Below, piece by piece: positions 21,950 through 31,298 of a DNA stretch of 31,298 nt. The translations under genes were made by a program, and so were the position numbers. The stretch's first letter is position 1. Each line of letters begins with the position of its first letter. The notes under the pieces were generated by a model. The model made no database searches, was not told the origin of the DNA, and saw nothing but the letters and a program-made list of their open reading frames with translations. Source of the DNA: Octopus sinensis (taxonomy: Eukaryota); assembly GCF_006345805.1 (NCBI RefSeq), contig NW_021836715.1:1-31298 (forward strand). The letters are read 5' to 3'.

Positions 21950-22105
21950 TATGAATGCTCAAAATGAAGAGTAGATAGACAGTCGACAACTGATGAAGGG
22001 TCTTTCATTGTATTTACTTTTCATTCTTTTCTTGTTGTTTACATATTTAATTTTTGTTTACATATTTCATGCTATTTGCACCGTTAGCAACGTTCTCTAC
22101 CCATA
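21950..22105 (+). mobile_element. Family D repeat fragment
   Basis: Homologous to about 13290-13450 (-). Confidence 0.55.
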
Positions 22106-22146
22106 TATGCATGTGTGTATATATATATATGCATGTGTATAATATA

Positions 22147-22191
<45 letters not shown>

Positions 22192-22216
22192 TTTATTTAA
22201 AGCAGCAGAAAATTCA

Positions 22217-22264
22217 ACAAAATGTTACTCTGAGTTTCACGTTGCTGTTCATCGGACAGTTTTT
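22217..22264 (-). ncRNA. Type I hammerhead motif (CCGAUGA variant), left arm of foldback
   Basis: Minus strand AAAACTGT-CCGATGA-ACA-GCAA-CGT-GAAA-CTC-A-GAG-T-A-ACATTTT. Confidence 0.55.
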
Positions 22265-22270
22265 GCTAGC

Positions 22271-22319
22271 AAAACTGTCCGATGAACGGCAACGGGAAAC
22301 TCAGAGTAACAGGTTTTGT
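22271..22319 (+). ncRNA. Type I hammerhead motif (CCGAUGA variant), right arm of foldback
   Basis: Stem I CTGT(22275-78)/ACAG(22309-12). Core CCGATGA. Stem II ACG-GCAA-CGG. GAAA. Stem III ACTC-A-GAGT. GUA triplet, cut after 22308. Confidence 0.6.
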
Positions 22320-22415
22320 TGAATTTTCTGCTGCTTTAAATAAAGCATATTACTCTACCACTGGTATTTGAGTACTCTTTTTTCCACCTTGTTTACATTT
22401 ATGTGTTTATACGGT

Positions 22416-22446
<31 letters not shown>

Positions 22447-22901
22447 AAAAAATGAAGTTCGAAAATGCTGCTGTATTATACAATTTTTAATTTTTATATA
22501 TACATTATAACATGTTTCAGTTCCTGAAATGAACCTTATCAAAAAAAGTTATATATGAAAAAAGACAGCTCATGCCGTCAAACACAAGAAATTCATTTAT
22601 AATACACAACGGAGTCAGACATCTTAGAGTTCATGTATAGTTGATATATAGTTTGAAGTATATGTTCAAAGTGTTCGATGCAGTGGCCCACGGTGGCGAT
22701 ACGTATTCAATACAAAAAACAGATCAAAGTGGTGGAAAGCGGTCAATACAGAAGATTGATGTTTCCGAAAGAGCGAGGAATTCATTTTTACCTTAAGCAA
22801 TTGTGATGACCCATGGTGGAAGTTCGCTGGGTGGTTCTAGTGAGTTTTTGTGAAATGCTCGGTTTTATAATGCCTGTTAGGTGGTCAATCTAGCGTAGCG
22901 T

Positions 22902-23325
22902 GACGTCATCAATGTTTTGACCAATCGTTTCGTTAGGTGGCTTTTTAATCAAGTAGAACGGGACGTCATCATTATTTTGACCAATCGCTGCATATAACTC
23001 CTCTTGTTTGTTTCCTGTTTTGACCGGTCGCTTCGTTAGTCAAGTAGAACGGGACGTCATCATTATTTTGACCAATCGCTGCATTATATCTGCCTCTTGT
23101 TTGTTTCCTGTTTTGACCAGTTGCTTCGTTAGTCAAGCAGAGCGGGACGTCATCCAGATCCTGCCCAATCACGACTTATAGCTACATTAGATCTGCCCCC
23201 TGTCTGTACTTGTTAGGTGACTATTCAAGCAGAAAAGGACGTCATCAATATTCTGACTAATGACTGTCCCCTGTTTGTATCCTGTCCATTCTAGCAGAGC
23301 TAGACGTCATCAACTTGTTGACCAA
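22902..23325. repeat. Degenerate tandem array (6 units, 60-93 bp), each with GACGTCA-N12-CCAAT
   Basis: GACGTCATC at 22902, 22962, 23053, 23146, 23238 and 23303. Confidence 0.85.
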
Positions 23326-23509
23326 TCAGAATCGGGTCTGACCCTTAGCTGTATCGTATGTATCAGGGTCAGATTTGCACGAAAGAATTTTTTTCCTTTT
23401 TTACTAAGGCATATTTCCGTCAGAGTGAGTGTCTGTTTGAAGCAGCGGCCGTGGTGGAACCCCGCTTCTCCCTTTCGGAGGACTTATCTTTTGTTTTAGT
23501 ATTCCTGGC

Positions 23510-23845
23510 CCAGGGTGTTTAAACTTGGTCTAAATTTTTTATGAAATATAGTTCTTTATTTTGGCGTTGTGTGAAGGTTGCGTTGTCACTGAATTTATAG
23601 AGCGGGTTAGTTGTAATTTCGGATTTACATTTCCAGCAACATCTATCTATGTGTCCGCTGACGGTATTTTGCGGAATCAGGGTTTCTAATTGTGATTTAT
23701 GCACCGCCATCCTGTTACGTAAGCTATTTTTTGTACGGCCTATATACTGCCTATTGCAGCCTGCGCATGTTATGACGTAAATTAAGTTTTCTGATGCGCA
23801 GGTGAAGTTTGTTCTAATGGTGAACTGGTGGCCTTGTTCCAGTAT
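23510..23845 (-). pseudogene. GIY-YIG endonuclease domain of a Penelope-like retroelement (fragment, frameshifted at the C-terminus)
   Basis: FTCASENLIYVITCAGCNRQYIGRTKNSLRNRMAVHKS...ELYFIK/KFRPSLN shows the N(L)IY..C..C...YIG.T...R...H and E...I......LN motifs. Confidence 0.9.
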
Positions 23846-23889
23846 ATACACACACACACACACACACAGGGTATGGTTAATAAATTGTC

Positions 23890-24530
23890 ATCTAAATTAT
23901 GCAAAAAGGAAAAATAAGATCAGCACTGGCTTCAACCATGGCCTCCAGACAACTCTGGAATCTCCTGCAACTCTTCTGGGCAGTTACTTTGTTGAAATTG
24001 GTGAATGTTGTCATAATCCTTGCCTTCAGTTCATCTTTGGTATTACAAAGAGTTTTGTTGGTCTCTCACTCAACTGCGCCCCCACACATAATAATGAAGG
24101 GGGTTGTGCAGTCTGGGGAGTTAGGTGATCAGATGTTAGGGGTGATGTGGTTGCAGAAATTGTCCGACAGCCATGTGTGGCATGGTGCAGAGTCCTGTTG
24201 CCAGACACGGGGACTTCCAGCAAGCACCCTCTTGACTCAGGGCAGCACTACCTCCTCCAGGCAGTTAATGTAGGCCTCTGTGTTGAGTCTGAGGTCGTGT
24301 GGGTTGATGAATGGAAGCATAATATCGCCATCTCTAATGATTACACTAAACACAATGATATTGACTGGATATTTGATTTTATCACTCTCAGTACATGTCT
24401 TGGGGACACGGCAAACGGTTGTTCTGTGTGTTCCCCATCTGTACATATTGGAGCTTCCAGCATGAATGCCAAGTAGTACAGCATGTCGTTTCTAAGTTTC
24501 TGGCAGAGTGAATTGCGTCATGGTGCTGTT
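23890..24530 (-). pseudogene. Decayed Tc1/mariner-superfamily transposase (maT/DD37D-like motifs)
   Basis: KIKYPVNIIVFSVIIRDGDIMLP..LNTEAYINCLEEVVLP*VKR..VWQQDSAPCH..NI*SPNSPDC..AVE*ETNK..CRRFQSCLEAMVEA, with in-frame stops and frameshifts. Confidence 0.85.
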
Positions 24531-24610
24531 TTTCTCACAAATGGTGCCCAACTGACCCTACTATACTGTGTAATTGACCAAATCAAAAACAAACAATGTG
24601 CGTGAATGAA

Positions 24611-24850
24611 ATCATCATCATCATCATCATCGTTTAACGTCCGTTCTCCATGCTAGCATGGGTTGGACGGTTCGACCGGGGATCTGGAAAGCCAGAAGGC
24701 TGCACCAGGCTCCAGTCTTATCTGGCAGTGTTTCTACAGCTGGATGCCCTTCCTAACGCCAACCACTCCGTGAGTGTAGTGGGTGCTTTTTACGTGCCAC
24801 CTGCACAGGTGCCAGGCAGGGCTGGCAACGGCCACGGTCGGATTGGTGTA
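24611..24850 (-). mobile_element. Family C retroposon
   Basis: Same sequence as 17991-18210. Confidence 0.88.
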
Positions 24851-24920
24851 AAAAATATAAATGGCAACAATTTACCCATCACACTCTGTGTATGTATATA
24901 TATATAAATATACACATACA

Positions 24921-24956
<36 letters not shown>

Positions 24957-24962
24957 TATATA

Positions 24963-26045
24963 TTAAGGTTCGGAAAATAATTGGTTTTTACCAGAAAGGA
25001 TATAAAAATGAATGTAAACTGCATTTATCTGAATAGTTTTAATCAAGAATGTAATAACCATCTTTCTAGGAGACTGCAGCCAAATGGGAAAATAACTTTT
25101 CTATGCCATGTTCAAAGAAACTTATTTCATTTCCTGAAAAAACAAAGCCTGAAAGACTGTTTTCAACTTGCTCTCTGTTTCAGAATGCTTTGCCTCTTCT
25201 AAAATGTTCTCATGATTAGAACAGAAGGAAATCTGTTGGTGCTGAGTCAGGTGAGCATAGAAGATGTAGAGGAACTTCCCATCCAAATGATCTTAACTTT
25301 TTTGGTTTGTTTTGAAGAGTATGGCCATGTATTGTCAGGCTGGAGAATAACACCTTTTCTATTTACCAAAAGCTGGCCACATTGAACATAATTTTTTATT
25401 TACTCAAAATCAAGACATCAAGGTGCAGGAGTGGCTGTGTGGTAAGTAGCTTGCTTACCAACCACACGGTTCCGGGTTCAGTCCCACTGCGTGGCATCTT
25501 GGGCAAGTGTCTTCTGCTATAGCTCCGGGCCGACCAATGCCTTGTGAGTGGATTTGGTAGACGGAAACTGAAAGAAGCCTGTCGTATATATGTATATATA
25601 TGTATATGTATGTGTGTGTGTGTGTGTTTGTGTGTCTGTGTTTGTCCCCCTAGCATTGCTTGACAACCGATGCTGGTGTGTTTACGTCCCTGTCAGTTAG
25701 CGGTTCGGCAAAAAGAGACCGATAGAATAAGTACTGGGCTTACAAAGAATAAGTCCCAGGGTCGATTTGCTCGACTAAAGGCGGTGCTCCAGCATGGCCG
25801 CAGTCAAATGACTGAAACAAGTAAAAGAGTAAAGAGTATCTGCATTTATGGTCCTTCCATGTTCCATTAGCTCTTAATGGACGGCACCTTTCATGTCCCA
25901 CCAAACACAGAGCAAGGATTTTTGTGGATGGAGTTCTGGTTTTGGTGTTGGCACTGGCCTCTTATGTGATAACCATTGTCTCTTTTCCTTTTCTGTTGTG
26001 ATGCAAAACCCTCCACTTGACCAGTAACTGGTGAGAAGGAAACTA
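24963..26045 (-). pseudogene. Decayed mariner (DD34D-type) element with 3' TIR, split by a SINE
   Basis: KRQWLSHKRPVPTPKPELHPQKSLLCVWWDMKG (25874-26000), then LVNRKGVILQPDNTWPY and GWEVPLHLLCSPDSAPTDFLLF (25230-25380). The TIR-like TTAAGGTTCGGAAAATAATTGGTTTTT at 24963-24990 resembles Hsmar1-type ends. Confidence 0.88.
25422..25838 (+). mobile_element. SINE family A inserted in the mariner
   Basis: Full-length family A sequence between the two mariner segments. Confidence 0.92.
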
Positions 26046-26054
26046 CTGTTGCTG

Positions 26055-26590
26055 GTCATGTGATTAAGTAGTTGGATTCTAATTGGCTATTAGTTCTAGT
26101 CATGTGATTAAGGACCTGGATTCTTATTGGTTTTTGTTACTGGTCATGTGGTTAAGGACCTGGATTCTTATTGGTTTTTGTTACTGGTCATGTGGTTAAG
26201 GAGATGGATTCTAATTGGTTATTGTTTCTTGTCATGTGGTTAAGGAGCTACATTCTTATTGGTTATTGTTTCTAGTCATGTGATAAAGGTGGTGATTTCT
26301 CATTGGTTATTGTTTCTAGTCATGTGATAAAGGTGGTGATTTCTCATTGGTTATTGTTTCTAGTCATGTGATAAAGGTGGTGATTTCTCATTGGTTATTG
26401 TTTCTAGTCATGTGATAAAGGTGGTGATTTCTCATTGGTTATTGTTTCTAGTCATGTGATAAAGGTGGTGATTTCTCATTGGTTATTGTTTCTAGTCATG
26501 TGATAAAGATGGTGATTTCTCATTGGTTATTGTTTCTAGTCATGTGATAAAGGTGGTGATTTCTCATTGGTTACTGTTCCTGGTCATGCA
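26055..26590. repeat. 44-bp minisatellite, 12 units
   Basis: GTCATG recurs every 44 bp from 26055 to 26583. Consensus GTCATGTGATAAAGGTGGTGATTTCTCATTGGTTATTGTTTCTA. Confidence 0.95.
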
Positions 26591-26931
26591 ATGACCAACT
26601 GCAACGACGACGACAACAACTACACTGACAACAGCAGCAGAAACAACAACTGCAACAGTAACAAGAAGACTAACAACAATGGTGAGAACAACAAAAACGA
26701 CAGCCTCAGAAACGAGGATGGCAACAGCCGTAACAACAACAGCAACATCGATGAGAGTGAAGGAGGAGAACAATGTCAATGACATCGACCAATGAGATTG
26801 AGAGGAATCGACCAATGAGATTGAGAGGAATTGATGATAAAGCCGAGACGTAAGATGAGTTTCCGTTTTTCTGATTCTGTGAACTTGACTGAAGATGACA
26901 GCTTAAAATGGAAATAAGTAAATCTTAAGCA

Positions 26932-27088
26932 TAACAACAACAACAACAATAATAATAATAATAATAGCAATAATAATAATAATAATAATAATAATAACGA
27001 TAATAGCAATAATAATAATAATAATAATAATGATAATAATAATAATAGCAATAATAATAATAATAATAATGATAATAATAATAATAGC

Positions 27089-27119
<31 letters not shown>

Positions 27120-27265
27120 GCAATAATAATAATAATAATAATAACAACAACAACAATAACAACAACAACAACAATAATAATAATAATAATAATGATAATA
27201 ATAATAATGATGATATGATGATGATGATGATGATAATATGATAATGAAATAACAACAACAACAAC

Positions 27266-27299
<34 letters not shown>

Positions 27300-27378
27300 T
27301 AATAATAATGATAATAATAATAATAATGATGATGATGATGATGATAATAATGATAATGATAATAACAACAACAACAAC

Positions 27379-27409
<31 letters not shown>

Positions 27410-27428
27410 TTAATGATGACAACAACAA
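26932..27428. repeat. (AAT)n tract with AAC/GAT variants
   Basis: Direct reading of the sequence. Confidence 0.95.
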
Positions 27429-27574
27429 ACGTAACAATATAGTAAACAAATAAATAGAGAAGGGGAAATCTTTCCAATATTTCAAAGATCAATATTTGAA
27501 AGGAATCACCTAAAATATATGAAGAAAAGAAAAAAAACAAAACAACAGAGATCTTTAGGTTTTACAGAAATTTC

Positions 27575-27950
27575 TCTCTCTTTCTCTCTGTTTCTTTTCC
27601 CTTTCTCTCTCTCTCTCTCTCTCTCTCCTTTTGTCTTTCTTTTTCTCTTTCTCTCTCTCCCCTCCCTCTTTCTCAATCCATTTCCGAGAACTTCAAAATG
27701 TTCACTGCTTTTCTGACTTCTTCTTCTTTTTCTTCTTCTTCTTCTTCTTCTTCTTCTTCTTTTTCTTCTTCTTCTTCTTCTTCTTCTTCTTTCTTCTTCT
27801 TCTTCTTCTTCTTCTTCTTCTTCTTCCTCCTCTTCCTCTCCAACCTCCCCATCTTCCCCATCCTCCTCTTCCACTACCATCGTCAGTAACTCAACCACCA
27901 CCACAGCCACCGCCACCGCCTCTAACCTGCCACCGCCTTCACCTCCACCA
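27575..27950. repeat. (CT)n, (TTC)n and (CCA)n tracts
   Basis: Direct reading of the sequence. Confidence 0.9.
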
Positions 27951-28144
27951 TGCGATATATAATTAATGAGGGAAATCTGTTTCCCTTGTCCATATCCATC
28001 ACAAACTCGACGGACACTGCAGAAATTCCTGATGTACATCCAGTGACACTGAAATCAAAACCCTGGATGACATCAGGTAGCCTAAACAGCAAAAGTGCTT
28101 TAATCAGCATATTGCTAACCGTTATACACAACGTTCAAATAATT

Positions 28145-28536
28145 GTGTGGAAGCACTCCGTCGGTTACGACGACAAGGGTTCCGGTTGATCCGATCAACG
28201 GAACAGCCTGCTCGTGAAATTAACGTGTAAGTGGCTGAGCACTCCACAGACACGTGTACCCTTAACGTAGTTCTCGGGGATATTCAGCGTGACACAGAGA
28301 GTGACAAGGCCGGCCCCTTTGAAATACAGGTACAACAGAAACAGGAAGTAAGAGTGAGAGAAAGTTGTGGTGAAAGAGTACAGCAGGGATCACCACCATC
28401 CCCTGCCGGAGCCTCGTGGAGCTTTAGGTGTTTTCGCTCAATAAACACTCACAACGCCCGGTCTGGGAATCGAAACCGCGATCCTATGACCACGAGTCCG
28501 CTGCCCTAACCACTGGGCCATTGCGCCTCCACCGTC
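28145..28536 (-). mobile_element. SINE family B, subfamily b, with 9-bp TSD
   Basis: Reverse complement of 21376-21762. CAAATAATT at 28136-28144 and 28537-28545. Confidence 0.92.
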
Positions 28537-28971
28537 CAAATAATTACTTGTATATATAAAGATAATTTATGTTTCGTTGAATATGTTTGAAGAATGAAGA
28601 AAGAAAAAATGAGGGAGAAAAAGAAACGACAGAGGTTGATTAATCCCCCTGCCCCCCCCCCGCCGTTGGCATTGTTGTCTGATGGAGGGTGGGTGGGGTG
28701 GAAGGTTGATCAAGATTAAATTGGCTTTGTTCGTTAGACATATGTGAGACAATGAATTCGGAGTATAGCTTTAGACTAACTTCTAGATGTGTGGGTTGCG
28801 GGTTGGGTTGGGGAAGTGGCGGGGGGGCGGGGGGGGGGCTTGGCAAGAGCATGTGGGGGTGGGGGTGGGAGGAGGAAATGAATGAATGAATGAGTAAATA
28901 AGTAATTAGAAAGAAGACCAAAGTGATCTGGTGAGTAATCCACCAACGAAAGAGAATTGTTGAAACATACC

Positions 28972-29855
28972 ACAACCAGAGCCATCACCACCACTATCGT
29001 CATCACCACCACCATCGTCATCATCATCACCATCATCATCACCATCATCATCAACATCGTCATCATCATCACCATCATCATCACCATCATCATCAACATT
29101 GTCATCATCATCATCATCATCATCACCACCACCATCGTCATCATCATCACCATCATCATCACCATCATCATCAACATTGTCATCATCATCATCATCACAT
29201 CATCATCAACATCGTCATCATCATCATCATCATTGTTGTCATCATCATCATCAACATTGTCATCATCATCATCATCATTGTTGTCATCATCATCATCAAC
29301 ATTGTCATCATCATCATCATCATTGATGTCATCATCATCATCATCATTGTCAACAATGTCATTATCATCATCACTCATCATCATCATCAACATTGTCATC
29401 ATCATCATCATCAACATCGTTGTCATCATCATCATCATCATCAACATCGTCGTCATCATCATCATCATCATCATTGTTGTCATCATCGTCATCAACATTG
29501 TCATCATCACCATCATCATCGTTACCATCATCATCATTATCACAACCATCATTGCTTTTGCCTTTGTCAACATCATCACAATCATCATCATCATCATCAT
29601 GACCATTATCATTGGCTTTGTCAACATCATCCCCATCAACACACCATCCCCATCATCATCATAATCATCATCATTGTTTCCACCAGTTGCTGTCATAATT
29701 GTCGCCACCACCTCCCCTGGCACCACAAAGAATCTCCTAACTAATATTGGCACCACCACCGCCGCCACCGCCGACGCCACCACCGCTGCCGCCGCCACCA
29801 CCGCTGCCGCCGCCACCACTACCATCACCGCTGCCACCACTGCCGCTGCCACCAC
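28972..29855. repeat. (CAT)n tract followed by (CCA/CCG)n
   Basis: Direct reading of the sequence, with internal block duplications. Confidence 0.95.
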
Positions 29856-29954
29856 AAGTCTATATTATTCTCTTAACCTCTTCACATGACCGGACAAACC
29901 AATTTCTCTTCATACAAAGTTATCTTTATTGTTATACGCAACAATAGACATAGA

Positions 29955-30033
29955 GACGGGTGTGTGGGTGTGTGGGTGTATGGCAATATGTGTGTGTGTG
30001 TTTTTGGATATGTCTGTGTAAATGTGTGGGATG

Positions 30034-30073
<40 letters not shown>

Positions 30074-30345
30074 CACACATATATAAATATATATATGTGC
30101 ATATATATACATATCTATATACATATATTTATATCTATATGTATGTATATATGTGTGTGTGTGTTTGCATATATATGTATGTACATCCATATATATATGT
30201 ATATATATACATATGTATATATATACATATATACACATACATATGCATGTATACGTATAGATACATATGTATATACACCTGCATATATATATATGTATAT
30301 ATATGTGTGTGTGTGTGTGCCTATATGTGTTTACATGTCTATGCA
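29955..30345. repeat. (TG)/(TA) compound microsatellite
   Basis: Direct reading of the sequence. Confidence 0.95.
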
Positions 30346-30596
30346 TAAAACTGATGACCAGTTTCATTTTCTTGCATAAACATTATCAAATCCTTTGTAT
30401 GATAATGTCCCTTTTCGATAATAATATAATAATGTTACCATAACTGGTGGTGTTTAGATCCACAGATGTAGGATCATTCTGGTTTATTAATGTTAGGCTC
30501 TTGTGTTGGCCAACATTAGATTAGCATTAGACAGGGATTAAATTGGGATTAAACAAACAGGTAAGTTGGCTAAAGTTATATGTATATGGATGGGGA

Positions 30597-30980
30597 TGGA
30601 AGCACTCCGTCGGTTACGACGACGAGGGTTCCGGTTGATCCGAATCAACGGAACAGCCTGCTCGTGAAATTAACGTGTAAGTGGCTGAGCACTCCACAGA
30701 CACGTGCACCCTTAACGTAGTTCTCGGGGATATTCAGCGTGACACAGAGAGTGACAAGGCTGGACCCTTGAAATACAGGTACAACAGAAACAGGAAGTAA
30801 GAGTGAGAGAAAGTTGTGGTGAAAGAGTACCGCAGGGATCACCACCATCCCCTGCCGGAGCCTCGTGGAGCTTTAGGTGTTTTCGCTCAATAAACACTCA
30901 CAACGCCCGGTCTGGGAATCAAAACCGCGATCCTATGACCGCGAATCCGCTGCCCTAACCACTGGGCCATTGCGTCACCA
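30597..30980 (-). mobile_element. SINE family B, subfamily b
   Basis: Near-identical to 28145-28536. Confidence 0.92.
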
Positions 30981-31001
30981 CTATATGTATATGTATCAAT
31001 A

Positions 31002-31156
31002 GGCACAGGTGTGGCTGTGTGGTAAGAAGCTTGCATGCCAACCACATGGTTCTGGGTTCAATTCCATTACATGGCACTTTGGGCAAGTATCTTCTACTAT
31101 AGTCTCAAGCTGACCAAAGCCTTGTGAGTGGATTTGGTAGACGGAAACTGGAAGAA
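31002..31156 (+). mobile_element. SINE family A, 5' half
   Basis: Head and CORE-like part up to GAAGAAGCCC, then (TG)n. Confidence 0.85.
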
Positions 31157-31298
31157 GCCCTGTGTGTGTGTGTGTGTGTGTGTGTTTTAAATGATTGATA
31201 TGGAAGACGGAGTGTAACTAGAAGCTTTATCAGCATGACAATCGTTTTAGCTTCATTCTGCATGGCTCCCTTGTGGGTGTGGGACAATGTAATGACAT

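Larger units (their letters stand above)
22186..22350. repeat. ~165-bp near-perfect inverted repeat with zero spacer
   Basis: Centre TTTTGCT|AGCAAAA at 22267/22268. The arms differ by 2 substitutions and 2 small indels. Confidence 0.95.
22440..23845 (-). mobile_element. 5'-truncated Penelope-like element (endonuclease, repeat-containing 3' region, hammerhead relic)
   Basis: The GIY-YIG remnant is followed downstream by tandem repeats and a degenerate hammerhead at 22503-22550. The extent below 22890 is inferred. Confidence 0.6.

Noticed and set aside
21969-21980. CTGATGA at about 21970 and its minus-strand homologue at about 13406 as a hammerhead core
   Set aside because: No downstream stem II plus GAAA with valid stem I/III pairing was found. 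It is kept only as a low-interest family D note.
23899-24476. Plus-strand ORFs of 124 and 109 aa
   Set aside because: They are antisense shadows of the decayed Tc1/mariner transposase on the minus strand.
2919-25656. Recurrent ORFs such as RQASFSFRLPNPLTRHWSARGYSRRH and LAEFLQLDALPNANH
   Set aside because: They are translations of SINE families A and C, which are non-coding repeats.
26055-26590. 44-bp repeat as a CRISPR array
   Set aside because: The units are head-to-tail with no unique spacers, there are no cas genes, and the context is eukaryotic.
27950-28189. 79-aa ORF MRYIINEGNLFPLS... and the overlapping minus-strand ORFs
   Set aside because: No recognisable domain, the ORF runs into a SINE, and there is no consistent pair of splice sites.
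30345-30370. CTGATGA at 30351
   Set aside because: It is part of a small AAACTG/CAGTTT hairpin with no GAAA or hammerhead stems.
204-30379. Dozens of ORFs rich in YI/CV/HT, poly-T, poly-P, poly-V, poly-L, poly-I, poly-H or poly-K/E
   Set aside because: They are translations of di- and trinucleotide microsatellites, open in several frames and on both strands, with no domain content.
30458-30566. Strong donor CAG|GTAAGT at 30560/30561 (also CAG|GTGAGT at 19143/19144)
   Set aside because: The upstream frames are closed by stops or too short. Isolated consensus sites are expected by chance in 31 kb.

Overview
Eukaryotic, AT-rich, microsatellite-saturated DNA with no recognisable host gene. It looks intronic or intergenic. 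The SINE families match ones I recall from octopus genomes, so a cephalopod (Octopus) origin is inferred, not proven. Almost every ORF in the supplied track is a microsatellite or SINE read-through artefact. The only real coding remnants are transposon fragments: a Penelope-like GIY-YIG endonuclease (23510-23845, -), two decayed Tc1/mariner transposases (about 23890-24530 and 24963-26045, both -), a mariner C-terminus inside a MITE, and CR1/L2- and RTE-type LINE 3' ends. The window holds about 25 SINE copies from at least 5 families, piggyBac-like (TTAA) and Tc1/mariner (TA) MITEs, and two minisatellites. The most notable signal is a set of hammerhead-ribozyme motifs from several unrelated Penelope-like families. 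These are a canonical type I fold at 3579-3651, a 165-bp perfect-centre foldback carrying a hammerhead on each strand (22186-22350), and a tRNA-headed, TSD-flanked SINE ending in a hammerhead (18532-19088). In addition, two unrelated tandem arrays each place a CRE or E-box site exactly 12 nt 5' of CCAAT. All structures were paired by eye, so boundaries are approximate to a few bases and no database search was run.
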